In this document: in pieces, positions 54,363 to 63,855 of the stretch
Numbering within the stretch: the stretch's first letter is position 1
Layout of the letters: the number at the start of each line of letters is the position of its first letter
From: Pseudobutyrivibrio sp.
GTDB lineage: Bacteria > Bacteroidota > Bacteroidia > Bacteroidales > Marinilabiliaceae
NCBI GenBank assembly: GCA_963639155.1
Contig: CAVHUG010000010.1
Span: 47,610 to 111,609 of the forward strand
DNA length: 64,000 nucleotides
Direction of reading: 5' to 3'
Position numbers and translations under genes: made by a program
The notes under the pieces: generated by a model
What the model was told of the DNA's origin: nothing
Databases searched by the model: none
Seen by the model: only the letters and a program-made list of their open reading frames with translations

Positions 54363-55298
54363 ATGAAAAAGTATTTAGCCTTGGCCTGCGCCTTTGCTTG
54401 CGCCGCAGCCTTGACCGCTTGTCATGATGACGACGACGACGATGACAGCGACTACGTATCTGACTTCACATCGATCAATAAGGTAAGCTACATCCCTGGC
54501 GCGCAGACGGCGGCCAGCAAGGCAGGTGTCAACGCGTTCCTTCTTTCCGACTCTCAGGGCAAGACCGATGTCGCCTGCTACATGTATGCCGACACGGCTG
54601 AGATTGTCGCCCCTCTGACCCCAGATGAGGATAGGTTCAACAATTTCTACGGCGGCTTCTGCCCTACCGCGTTCACCGCCGATGACGAGGCTTGGGACAC
54701 GTATCGCCCTATCACCGGTTCCTACCACTCCGGCAGCGGAGCCCTTGTCTGCAACCCTGGCACCTTGTGCCGCGCGCTCTATTTCCGCCGTCACTTCGGA
54801 GCTGACATGTCTTCCGTCTTGAGCCAGCTTTTCCTTGGCGACATGGAGAAGATGTACGTATGCCCAACAGCACAGTATAAGAAACTTACGACCTCTGACG
54901 GCCTTGCAGAGCTTGGCATCAGCAGCTCGCCCTCCAATATCCAGATCCGTTTCTACGTCTACGGCTATATCAAGTCATTGAGCCTCAGCAGCTGGAGCGC
55001 CATCAAGGATATGTTCATGACTAACATAAAGGATAGCGACGTCAAGAGCAGCAGCTATGCGGTCCTCGCCGAGACCGACGCCAACGGCAATTGGAGCGTA
55101 GCCACCGACTGGGTGGAGCTTGACCTCAGCGACATTGAGGACTATTACGTATTTGAGTGCGCCATGCAGGTTGTCGACAAGACCACCGGCAAGAGTGTCA
55201 GCACGTTCAGCCTTGACGACGATACTGTTGAAGATGGCAACTATCTCAACTACTGCATCGTCGACGACGTAACCGTCGAGAACAAGAGCCTCTTCTAA
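54363..55298 (+). CDS. Surface lipoprotein of unknown function with a poly-Asp tract after the lipobox Cys
   Basis: MKKYLALACAFACAAALTAC followed by HDDDDDDDSDY. The Asp7 run is encoded at 54426-54446. It may be DUF4465-like (FNNFYGGFCPTAF...ITGSYHSGSG), but I cannot confirm this. Confidence 0.75.
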   Translation: MKKYLALACAFACAAALTACHDDDDDDDSDYVSDFTSINKVSYIPGAQTAASKAGVNAFLLSDSQGKTDVACYMYADTAEIVAPLTPDEDRFNNFYGGFCPTAFTADDEAWDTYRPITGSYHSGSGALVCNPGTLCRALYFRRHFGADMSSVLSQLFLGDMEKMYVCPTAQYKKLTTSDGLAELGISSSPSNIQIRFYVYGYIKSLSLSSWSAIKDMFMTNIKDSDVKSSSYAVLAETDANGNWSVATDWVELDLSDIEDYYVFECAMQVVDKTTGKSVSTFSLDDDTVEDGNYLNYCIVDDVTVENKSLF

Positions 55299-55390
55299 AC
55301 CGGCAGCGGTCGACTTAATAAGGAATAAAGCCCTGGCGCAAGCGATTGCGTCGGGGCTTTTGCTGTGTGGTGTCGTAAGGAAGCGGGGGC

Positions 55391-56284
55391 TTAACTGCGC
55401 GAGTAGCGCCGGCGGTTGAGCTTCTCGAGGCGGTCAAACTCGTTGTCGGCCTTTATCTTGTCGAGGATTCGCATGACGAGCTTGTGGACCATCTTGCCCT
55501 TACGGTAGTTGGCGGGGCAAGCGAAGTTGACGCGCTGCTCGCGGATGAGGTGCTCTGCCTTGGCTTTGGCGATGTTGTCGCCTGGGCGGTAGACGGCAAT
55601 GGAGTGGCCTCCGTGGTCCTTGACGACCTTCATGCACGGCACGTCGGTCGTTCCGTCGCCTACGTATATCATGTGGGTGAAGGGAACTGGCCGGTCCTCC
55701 TTGGGGACGTACTCGTTGACGTGGTGGATGTCGGAGACCTCCTTTATGCCCTTGTTGATTTTGAAGATGAATTGCGTCTTCGTGGTGTAGTCGACGGCCA
55801 CGGCAGGCCATATAGGCTCGCCGCCCTCGCCGTCGTAGAGGTAGGAGGAGGCGTAGATGGCGTCGAAGCGGTCGGCGATTGGCGTGCCCTCGATCATCTC
55901 TTTGAGGCCAGACGAGTTGATGAAGTGGCGCACGTCGAGGCCTATGGAACGCCCGTAGTCGCTTATGAGGTCGAACCAGTCCATGACGCCCTCGTAGAGC
56001 TTGACATCGGCACCGAACTTGCGGAACATGTCGCGGTTCAGGTGGACGTCTTTGTCTTTGGCGGCTCGGATCATGAGGAGCATGTAGCAGAGGATGCTGC
56101 TGGCGTCGTTTTGCTCGGACATGCTGTCGTTCGACGCCCAGAAGGCCTCCTTGTCGGCGCCGATGGCTTTCATGTAGCCGAACTCCTGCATGTTGCCAGG
56201 CGAGAGCGTGCCGTCGAAGTCGTAGATTAGGGCCACCTTGGGGAGTCGCTTTCTTGTGGTGTTCGTTGTCATTGTCGTTATCAT
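55391..56284 (-). CDS. HAD-superfamily hydrolase
   Basis: HAD motif I ALIYDFDGTL and motif IV YVGDGTTDVPCM. The ORF-track start at 56302 is TTG and overlaps the promoter box, so an ATG at 56284 or 56272 is more likely. Confidence 0.8.
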   Translation of the reverse strand: MITTMTTNTTRKRLPKVALIYDFDGTLSPGNMQEFGYMKAIGADKEAFWASNDSMSEQNDASSILCYMLLMIRAAKDKDVHLNRDMFRKFGADVKLYEGVMDWFDLISDYGRSIGLDVRHFINSSGLKEMIEGTPIADRFDAIYASSYLYDGEGGEPIWPAVAVDYTTKTQFIFKINKGIKEVSDIHHVNEYVPKEDRPVPFTHMIYVGDGTTDVPCMKVVKDHGGHSIAVYRPGDNIAKAKAEHLIREQRVNFACPANYRKGKMVHKLVMRILDKIKADNEFDRLEKLNRRRYSRS

Positions 56285-56299
56285 TGTGCCGCTTATGGA

Positions 56300-56307
56300 C
56301 AAATATA
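56300..56307 (-). promoter_or_regulatory. -7 promoter box TATATTTG upstream of the HAD gene
   Basis: The minus strand reads TTTACCTATATTTG, identical to the 14-mer at asnS. It is 15 nt upstream of ATG 56284 and 27 nt upstream of ATG 56272. Confidence 0.5.
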
Positions 56308-56677
56308 GGTAAAAAGAGTTGAAAAGTGGTGGGGTGGGGGGCGGACGGGAGGGGCGGAGGTTTAAAAAGCGTTGCCTTTTGGGGCGTGCCGTTCGGTAGT
56401 GTTATGTTCCCTATTGTTATCTCGGTTGTGAAATGTTAATTATGGAAAGGTGGCTGTCGAACAGTGCGTATGACGGTGGATTATTGTGTAACGAAAGTGT
56501 AATGTGCTGAAAATCAATAAATGAAGTGGAGTGGATGTTGGACTGTTAAAATATTTTTATCCACCATTACGGAATAAGTCTCCACGCCCAAACCTTAAAA
56601 AGCGTGTAATATTGCACCGTAAAACAAACGCAAAAGTTGCATCACTGACAACTCTTAGCATAAAAAACTGAAATATT

Positions 56678-59600
56678 ATGAAAATAGGAGCATTTGCTTT
56701 AGCGAGCCTCCTCGCTCTCACACCCGCGGCATTCATGCTGACGGAGGGAGAGGCTGCGGCTCAAACGTCGCAAGGAAGCAACGTGACCATCCGCGGCCGC
56801 GTCGTAGACAATAACGGCCAGCCCATCGTGGGAGCCGCTGTCCTCCAGACCGGCACGACAAATGGCACCGTCACCGACATCGACGGCAACTACTCTCTCG
56901 TGGCGCCCTCCAACGCCAACCTCTCGGTCTCCTTTATAGGATACAATAGCTCTAAGGCCGACGTCAACGGCCGCTCCACGGTCAACTTCACCCTCACCGA
57001 GGAGACGACCGAGCTTGGTGAGCTCGTCGTCATCGGCTACGGTGTCCAGCGCAAGGCCGACCTCACAGGTTCCGTCGCCGTCGTCGACGCCGATGAACTC
57101 AAGAAGGTCTCCAACTCCAACATCTCCACCATGCTCCAAGGCAAGGCGGCTGGTGTCCAGATTACGACCGACGGTCAGCCAGGTGCCGACCCTGCCGTCA
57201 AGATCCGTGGTCTCGGCTCTTTCGGCAGCACCTCGCCTCTCTACGTCATCGACGGTGTCCCTATGGGTACCTCCATCCGCGACTTCTCGCCTAACGACAT
57301 CGAGACCATCCAGGTACTCAAGGACGCCTCCGCAGCCGCCATCTACGGCTCCCGTGCTGCAAACGGCGTCATCATCATCACCACGAAGCGCGGCTCGAAG
57401 AACCAGCCCATGAAGATCAACTATACCGGCTACGTCGGTATGGATAAGATCCAGGAGGGCGTCTACGACGTCATGAACACCGCTCAGTACGCTGAGAACA
57501 TCGTACGCGAGTACACCAATGGCGGCATCGCAGACCTCATCCCCTCTGGCTACGTTGAGGGCCACGAGAACTACCTTGTCGGCAAGGTCGACACAGATTG
57601 GTTCAACGAGGTCTTCAAGACCGGTCTCCGTATGAACCACAACGTCTCCATGTCCGGTGGCGGTGAGAACAACACCTACAACGTCTCGCTCGACTACTTC
57701 AAGCAAAACGGCACCATGGAAGGCGCAGGTCCTAACTACGACCGCTTCACCGCGCGCGTCAACAACAACATGGACGTCAAGTTCATCAAGTTCCAGACCA
57801 GCGTCCTCTTCAGCCACAGCGCGCAAGACAACATGGCGCTCTCCAACGCCAGCGAATATGTCCAGGGCCTCTACGGCGGCCAGTACCCGGTCCTCGGATC
57901 TGCGCTCCTCTTGCCTCCTTCCATGAAGGCTTATGACGAGAGCACCTGGTGCCTCGACGACGTCTACCCTGGCGCTGCCGACTACAACTACGACAACTAC
58001 GGCTACGGCACCTATTATCTCGACATCCATGGCGACCTCGCGATGACCAACATCCTGATGACCAACAACCTCATCACCCGCAACACCAAGGTCGACCGCT
58101 TCGTTGTCACTGGTTCCGCCGATGTCGACATCCTCGACATGATCAAGCAGAAGAACGACAACCACAAGCTCAACTACAAGATCAACCTCTCTTACAGCAA
58201 GACCTACGCTAAGGACAAGACTTTTGTAGCCGCCTTCTACTCCAGCAACCGTAACTACCTCGACAAGAACAACGAGAACCTCTATGAGGCCTACCGCCAG
58301 TATACTGACGGCCTCGTCGAGAACACCATCACCTACGACGGCATCTTCGGCTCCAACCACCTCAACCTCGTCATCGGCCAGACCTTCGAGCGCGAGCGTT
58401 ACCACACCCTCACCGGCACCGGCAACAACCTCTCCGAGCCTTACTACCTCCAGCTCTCCAACGCGTCTACCTTCAAGACCTCCAGCTACGAGAGCGAGCA
58501 CGTCCTCTGCTCCTTCATCGGTCGTTTGAACTACGACTTCGACGAGAAGTACCTCGTATCTTTCACCGCCCGTCGTGACGGCTCCAGCCGCCTCAGCTCC
58601 GACGACCGCTGGGAGACCTTCCCCTCCGTATCCGCTGGTTGGCGCTTCGACCGTGAGGACTTCTTCCCCATCGACCCCAACATCGTCAACCTCTTCAAGA
58701 TCCGCGCCAGCTACGGCGTCCTCGGTAATGAGAACATCGGCGAGTACCAGTACATGGACGTCATGAGCCGCAACGACTACACCTACAGCTTCGGTGGCGA
58801 TAAGGTCACTGGCTCTGCAATCTCCAACTACGTCAACACCGCCATCAAGTGGGAGAAGAAGAAAACCTTCGACGTCGGTCTCGATGTCAACTTCCTCTCC
58901 AACAAGGTTGAGTTCAGCTTCGACTACTTCAAGAGCAAGTCTGAGGACCTCCTCTATAGCGTATCCGTCCCTGCCAGCGCTGGCGCAACCAACGGCACCG
59001 TCACCATGAACGCTGCCACCATGGAGAACTCTGGTCTCGAGTTCGCCGCCACCTACCGCAACAATGACCACCCCATCAAGTGGGAGGTCTCCGCTAACGC
59101 CACCGTCAACAAGAACGAGGTCACAGGTCTCGGCGTAACCGACGAGGGACGTACCGATGGCTACTGCCGCACCGAGGTTGGTGACGAGGTAGGCCGCTTC
59201 TACGGTCTCCAGTATGGCGGCATCATCCGCGACCAGCAGACCCTCAATGACCTCATGGCCGTTCAGGCAACAGCTCATGACGGCAGCAACGCAGGCAACT
59301 ACGCCGCAGCCAAGAACGCTAAGCTCGGTGACTGCTACTACGTCGACGTCGACGGCAACGGCTACATCGACGACAGCGACCGCGACTTCCTCGGAAGCGG
59401 CATGCCTAAGGTCAACTTCGGTCTCAACGCCCGTGTAGAATGGAAGGGCATCGACCTCTCTGTCTCCACCTACGGCGCGCTCGGCTTCAAGGCTGTCGAC
59501 TACCTCGACATCGCCCTCCACGGCACAACCGGTCTCACCAACAAGAGCGTCGACATGCTCGACAGCTGGACTGCTGAGAACCCCAACGCCAGCCAGCCTA

Positions 59601-59899
59601 TCGTAACCTTCAAGAACGACAACGCCAACTACAACGACTACTTCAGCGACCGCTTCATCCAGGACGCTAATTACTGGAAGATCGCTAACGTCGAGCTCGG
59701 CTACAACTTCAATGATGATTGGTTCAATGGTATCTTCTCCAGCGTAAGATTCTACGTCTCCGCTCAGAACCTCCACACCTTCACCAAGTACAACGGCTAC
59801 AATGTGGACTTCGCCGGCGGCACCTTCACCCCGGGCTACAACTACTGCTCGTTCCCAACCCCGCGCACTTTCATGGCCGGTCTCCACTTTACGTTCTAA
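56678..59899 (+). CDS. SusC/RagA-family TonB-dependent outer-membrane transporter
   Basis: 1073 aa. After the signal peptide comes the carboxypeptidase-regulatory-like domain VTIRGRVVDNNGQPIVGAAVL...TDIDGNYSL. The plug has ELVVIGYGVQRK, the TonB-box region, and SPLYVIDGVP. The barrel ends in an aromatic residue (LHFTF). There is no STN signalling extension. Confidence 0.95.
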   Translation: MKIGAFALASLLALTPAAFMLTEGEAAAQTSQGSNVTIRGRVVDNNGQPIVGAAVLQTGTTNGTVTDIDGNYSLVAPSNANLSVSFIGYNSSKADVNGRSTVNFTLTEETTELGELVVIGYGVQRKADLTGSVAVVDADELKKVSNSNISTMLQGKAAGVQITTDGQPGADPAVKIRGLGSFGSTSPLYVIDGVPMGTSIRDFSPNDIETIQVLKDASAAAIYGSRAANGVIIITTKRGSKNQPMKINYTGYVGMDKIQEGVYDVMNTAQYAENIVREYTNGGIADLIPSGYVEGHENYLVGKVDTDWFNEVFKTGLRMNHNVSMSGGGENNTYNVSLDYFKQNGTMEGAGPNYDRFTARVNNNMDVKFIKFQTSVLFSHSAQDNMALSNASEYVQGLYGGQYPVLGSALLLPPSMKAYDESTWCLDDVYPGAADYNYDNYGYGTYYLDIHGDLAMTNILMTNNLITRNTKVDRFVVTGSADVDILDMIKQKNDNHKLNYKINLSYSKTYAKDKTFVAAFYSSNRNYLDKNNENLYEAYRQYTDGLVENTITYDGIFGSNHLNLVIGQTFERERYHTLTGTGNNLSEPYYLQLSNASTFKTSSYESEHVLCSFIGRLNYDFDEKYLVSFTARRDGSSRLSSDDRWETFPSVSAGWRFDREDFFPIDPNIVNLFKIRASYGVLGNENIGEYQYMDVMSRNDYTYSFGGDKVTGSAISNYVNTAIKWEKKKTFDVGLDVNFLSNKVEFSFDYFKSKSEDLLYSVSVPASAGATNGTVTMNAATMENSGLEFAATYRNNDHPIKWEVSANATVNKNEVTGLGVTDEGRTDGYCRTEVGDEVGRFYGLQYGGIIRDQQTLNDLMAVQATAHDGSNAGNYAAAKNAKLGDCYYVDVDGNGYIDDSDRDFLGSGMPKVNFGLNARVEWKGIDLSVSTYGALGFKAVDYLDIALHGTTGLTNKSVDMLDSWTAENPNASQPIVTFKNDNANYNDYFSDRFIQDANYWKIANVELGYNFNDDWFNGIFSSVRFYVSAQNLHTFTKYNGYNVDFAGGTFTPGYNYCSFPTPRTFMAGLHFTF

Positions 59900-59927
59900 A
59901 CGAGGAATCTCTTAACTGAAATCTATC

Positions 59928-61724
59928 ATGAAAAGATCATATATAGCAATCGCAGCGGCTCTCCTGGCGGCAGGCTTCGCTTCCTGCAGCGACGAGCTCG
60001 ATGTGACAAACCCCAATACCCAGACAACCGAGGACTTCGGTAAAGACGAGTCCACTCTCCAGGAGGCCATCATCGCCTGCTACAACCGTATCCGCCTCGA
60101 GGGCACTTTCGCTCGCGTCGGCTACACCATGGACGCCGTCCGCGGTGACGAGGTCTACAACCCGGGTCTCATCTGGTACTACCCCTACGACGCCCTCAAC
60201 GAGACCCCGACAGACGAGATCGGCAACCAGTGGATCTGGCGCGACTGCTACCACGTCGTCAACCGTACAAACTACGTCCTCCAGCAGGTCGAGAAGGTCT
60301 CCCTCTCAACCGATGCCTACAACAAGATCAAGGGTCAGGCTCTCTTCCTCCGCGGACTTGCTTACTACACCCTCGCTACCTACCACCACGAGTGCTGCCT
60401 CATCACGGACTACTCTTCCTACTCCGACATGAACAGCCTCTACGCCTCCCTCAACACCTATGACGAAGTCCTCGATCAAGTCGAGACCGACCTCAAGGAG
60501 GCCATGCAGATCCTACCTAACAAGAGCATCGGCGGCGAGTTCGCCAAGGGCCGTGCCACCTGTGGCTCCGCTGCTGGCTACTATGCGCGCACCCTCATGC
60601 TCCGCCACAAGTACTCCGACGCTCTCGTTGTCCTCAAAGACATCATCGCCGGTACCTATGGCAACTACTCCCTCGTGGCTGACTACGGCGCCAACTTCAC
60701 CGAGGCTGGCGAGAACAATTCCGAGAGCCTCTTCGAGGTCCAATACATGAACTACGGCACTGGCGGCGTCGACGAGGAGTGGACCCCTGTCAACATCTCT
60801 AAGGAGGCTACCCAGGGTCACGCTGTCGAGTCCAACTACGCGCCCAACGCCTTCGGCTCTTGGGGTGACCTCGCGGCTTCCGCTTGGCTCTACAACCTCT
60901 ACAAAGCAGAGAAGTGCACCGACGGACGTCTCGACCCGCGCCTCTACTGGACCATCTGCTCCTACGAGCCTGAGTATGACACTTACACCGACCAGGGCAC
61001 TGCCGCCTACCCTGATGGCGACCCTCGTAAGAACGTTCTCTACAACAGCACCATCGATGCCGACGCCGAGGGCGTAACCTCCCTTTGCATCGCCAACGCT
61101 ACCGGCGGCGGTCTCGGCATCGCCAAGTGGACCTACGCCCGCGAGTGGCCTGCTGACTTCACCACCATCACCACTGGTCTCCACAACGGCATCAACCTCC
61201 GCCTCATGCGCTACTCCGATGTCCTCCTCCGTGCCGCCGAGTGCGAGAATGAGGTCAACGGTCCTACCCAGACGGCCATCGACTACATCAATGAGGTTCG
61301 CCAGCGTGTAGCACTCCCCAACCTCAGCCTCTCCGACTTCCCGACCGCCGACGCTCTCTTCGAGCAAATCGCAAATGTCGAGCGTCCTAAAGAGTTCGGT
61401 TGCGAGAACGGACGTGGCATCGACCTCAACCGTTGGGGCTTCTACGAGAGCGCAGACCGCAAGACCCAGCTCCGCCAGCACATGATCTTCAAACTCTCCC
61501 TCGAAGCTTCCGATGCTAAGGGCGTCTACACCAACAGTGACATCGACGGCGCTTCCATCCGCTCCAACATGGATACCTACCTCGAGGCTCACGAGTACTT
61601 CCCCATCGCGCAGAGCACCCTCGACGCCAACCCGCACCTCGTCGGCAACTGCGCCTACAACAGCAAGAAGCCCGATGGCTTCTTCCCTTGGAGTGTCCGC
61701 CCCGTTGTAGACCTCTCTAAATAA
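59928..61724 (+). CDS. SusD/RagB-family nutrient-binding outer-membrane lipoprotein
   Basis: Lipobox LAAGFASC followed by SDELD. SusD-like TPR core strings are AYYTLATYH, LRLMRYSDVLLRAAECENE, RPKEFGCENGRGIDLNRWG. The gene immediately follows susC. Confidence 0.93.
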   Translation: MKRSYIAIAAALLAAGFASCSDELDVTNPNTQTTEDFGKDESTLQEAIIACYNRIRLEGTFARVGYTMDAVRGDEVYNPGLIWYYPYDALNETPTDEIGNQWIWRDCYHVVNRTNYVLQQVEKVSLSTDAYNKIKGQALFLRGLAYYTLATYHHECCLITDYSSYSDMNSLYASLNTYDEVLDQVETDLKEAMQILPNKSIGGEFAKGRATCGSAAGYYARTLMLRHKYSDALVVLKDIIAGTYGNYSLVADYGANFTEAGENNSESLFEVQYMNYGTGGVDEEWTPVNISKEATQGHAVESNYAPNAFGSWGDLAASAWLYNLYKAEKCTDGRLDPRLYWTICSYEPEYDTYTDQGTAAYPDGDPRKNVLYNSTIDADAEGVTSLCIANATGGGLGIAKWTYAREWPADFTTITTGLHNGINLRLMRYSDVLLRAAECENEVNGPTQTAIDYINEVRQRVALPNLSLSDFPTADALFEQIANVERPKEFGCENGRGIDLNRWGFYESADRKTQLRQHMIFKLSLEASDAKGVYTNSDIDGASIRSNMDTYLEAHEYFPIAQSTLDANPHLVGNCAYNSKKPDGFFPWSVRPVVDLSK

Positions 61725-61737
61725 GAATAATATAGAA

Positions 61738-61781
61738 AGCCGCCCCGCCATGCGGGACGACAATCCCCCACCGGGGCGGCT
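61738..61781 (+). other. Intergenic hairpin between the susD-like gene and the downstream lipoprotein gene
   Basis: A 10-bp stem: AGCCGCCCCG (61738-61747) pairs with CGGGGCGGCT (61772-61781). No T-tract follows, so it is possibly an RNA processing or stability element rather than a full terminator. Confidence 0.35.
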
Positions 61782-61814
61782 CTATAAAAACTTCACATTC
61801 TAACAAGAATTTCC

Positions 61815-63533
61815 ATGAACAACATACAGAAAGGCCTCCTCACCCTCATGGTTGCAGGCATCGCCTCCGCCTCTTTCGTAGGCTGTGACGAAGACGACAC
61901 TTTCGACATCAACTCTCCTGATTGGCTCTCTTCGCGCGTCGACTCCATAGCCGCCGCCAAGAATAACAACGCCAACAGCGACACCACCATCATCGAGATC
62001 TCCAGCACCACCGTCGGTAGCGAAGACAACACGACGGGCTGGTGGGGCGCGTTCACCGACTTCATCGCCATCCCGTCCGGCAAACGCCTCGTCATGGAGT
62101 TTGACAACTACAGCTCTGGCGCAAACAACTACAACAACTGGGTTCTCGTGACCGCCAACAGGAAGGGCAACTCCACCGATGTCGACGGCTACAAAGAGTA
62201 CTTCGCTCTCCGCTCCGACGCCTACGGCTGGGGTGGCGCAATGGGCACCGACGAGGGCTATACCTACGATGCCGCCAACATCACCACCAACTACGCCGAG
62301 GTTGCTGCTGCGGCAGGCGCCGATGACCAATGGGCTTACTTCCTTGAGAAGATCAACGGCTCACACGTTGTCCTCGAGATCCAGCACGTATCCGCTGGCT
62401 ACATCTACGTGACCGCAACCATGACCGCCACCGACGGCACCGTCCTCATCGAGGAGTACCATCAGACCGCGTCACCCTCTGAAGACATCTACGCCTACAT
62501 GACAGTCGACAACTGCCACTACGAGAACCTCTCGGCCATGCTCCTCCCTGCGACCATCGTCATCTCCGAGAGCAACCCGGCTCGCCTCGACCTCGCTAAC
62601 ACCCCAGCTTTCCTTACCCTCGGCGACACCGCTTACTATGCTGGCGTAACTGGCAAGGTGACCTTCGAGGATGGCACGTCTACCGACGTCACCGAGAGCG
62701 ATCTCGCGTTCGTCGAGCCTGACCTCACCACGGTCGGCTCCAAGACCGTCACCGCCATCTACAACAAGACAAGCCGCGGCAACTACTGCGCTCCTATCTA
62801 CGCTACCTACAACCTCCTCGTGACCGACTTCCGCGAGATCCGCGTCGAGACTGCCGAGAAAGTTGTCTACTTCTTCCCCGCTGGCGCAACCGAGGTTCCT
62901 TTCATCACCAAGTCCGCTACCCTCTACGGAATCGATAGCGATGGTGAGGAGACAGTCCTCGACAACACTCTCGCCACCTTCTCTGGCGTCAACGCCGCTG
63001 GCGAGTTCACCGTCACCTACCAGGGTCTCACCGCTTCCGGCACCGTCAAGGTCGACGCTACCGAATGTGAGCAACTCGGCGCTTCCGACTTCTCTACCGG
63101 TTGGTGGTCTGCATTCAGCGAGCCAGAGCAAATAAAGAAAGGCACCACTCTCACCAAGACCTTCCAGGTCCGCTCTGATAATGCAGAAAACTGGCACGGC
63201 CCGGTTCTTCTCATCCGCAATGCGGATAAAAAAGGTGAGATCGCTATCCTCCGCGAGGATAACTTCGGCTGGGGCAACGGCTACAGCACAGCAACTCTCG
63301 ATAGCGACTGGGATTGGGATACTTTCGCTTCCAACATCGACGGCTCCGTCTTCACCGTCTCCGTCACCAACAACGGCGCCACCATCGACGTCAAGATGGA
63401 GATCATCAATGCCTCTGGCGAGGCTCACCACCAGTACTTCACTGGCATCTCCACCACCAAGACCGAGCTTGTTGACGCTGACGACGTCTACCTCACGGTC
63501 AGCTGCGAAGAGTCCTACGTGCTCTTCAAGTAA
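61815..63533 (+). CDS. PUL-encoded surface lipoprotein (SusE/F-positioned, putative glycan-binding) with duplicated module
   Basis: Lipobox ASFVGC followed by DEDD. Two homologous modules begin TTGWWGAF (nt 62031) and STGWWSAF, each followed by N(W)..., LR.D..GWG and a beta-strand-rich end. Two Ig-like segments lie between them. Confidence 0.8.
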   Translation: MNNIQKGLLTLMVAGIASASFVGCDEDDTFDINSPDWLSSRVDSIAAAKNNNANSDTTIIEISSTTVGSEDNTTGWWGAFTDFIAIPSGKRLVMEFDNYSSGANNYNNWVLVTANRKGNSTDVDGYKEYFALRSDAYGWGGAMGTDEGYTYDAANITTNYAEVAAAAGADDQWAYFLEKINGSHVVLEIQHVSAGYIYVTATMTATDGTVLIEEYHQTASPSEDIYAYMTVDNCHYENLSAMLLPATIVISESNPARLDLANTPAFLTLGDTAYYAGVTGKVTFEDGTSTDVTESDLAFVEPDLTTVGSKTVTAIYNKTSRGNYCAPIYATYNLLVTDFREIRVETAEKVVYFFPAGATEVPFITKSATLYGIDSDGEETVLDNTLATFSGVNAAGEFTVTYQGLTASGTVKVDATECEQLGASDFSTGWWSAFSEPEQIKKGTTLTKTFQVRSDNAENWHGPVLLIRNADKKGEIAILREDNFGWGNGYSTATLDSDWDWDTFASNIDGSVFTVSVTNNGATIDVKMEIINASGEAHHQYFTGISTTKTELVDADDVYLTVSCEESYVLFK

Positions 63534-63565
63534 AATAAGGCTTAGTTCTTAAATTATTGGTTTCC

Positions 63566-63605
63566 CCAAGACCGCCGTGGTTCTCCACGACGGTCTTGGT
63601 TTTTT
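63566..63605 (+). terminator. Rho-independent terminator after the 572-aa lipoprotein gene
   Basis: A 15-bp stem with one mismatch (63566-63580 pairs with 63585-63599), a 4-nt loop, and six T following. Confidence 0.85.
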
Positions 63606-63855
63606 CTTGACCATCCATTGCGCCTCCTGCCTCTACGGCGCATCTCCATGTGGCTTTCCCATGTGATGACTCTTCCTCGGTCTTTTTGCCTGCGCATCCC
63701 CTATCTTGCAAGCCGCACCGACACCATTGTTTTTCAACGCTTAGTTGACCCTGAACATCATGTCGGAGCCCCCTGCCAGGCGTGACGTTTTGCGCCTTTC
63801 ACTTCTTGTCCACGTTAACGCCATTTTTGTCCACCTCGCCGCGCCAAACTCAACG

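Noticed and set aside
57015-59438. Several 60-130-aa Ser/Thr/Pro/Arg-rich ORFs in alternative plus-strand frames inside susC, with similar ones inside other genes
   Set aside because: They are out-of-frame readings of a GC-rich coding region. They have no start context, no motifs, and are fully nested in a verified gene.
56699-59887. A 1062-aa ORF on the minus strand spanning almost the whole SusC gene
   Set aside because: It is exactly antisense to a gene with unmistakable SusC/TonB-dependent-receptor motifs. Its translation is low-complexity and Val/Gly/Asp/Glu/Ala-rich with no signal or domain motifs. That is the expected mirror image of strongly biased GC-ending codons.
60513-63431. Minus-strand ORFs of 416 aa and 319 aa opposite the SusD-like and 572-aa lipoprotein genes
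   Set aside because: Same antisense artefact. The plus-strand genes have lipoboxes, family motifs and terminators.
63526-63711. A 61-aa minus-strand ORF in the intergenic region after the 572-aa lipoprotein gene
   Set aside because: It overlaps the strong plus-strand terminator, has no promoter box or signal, and has improbable composition. It is treated as non-coding.
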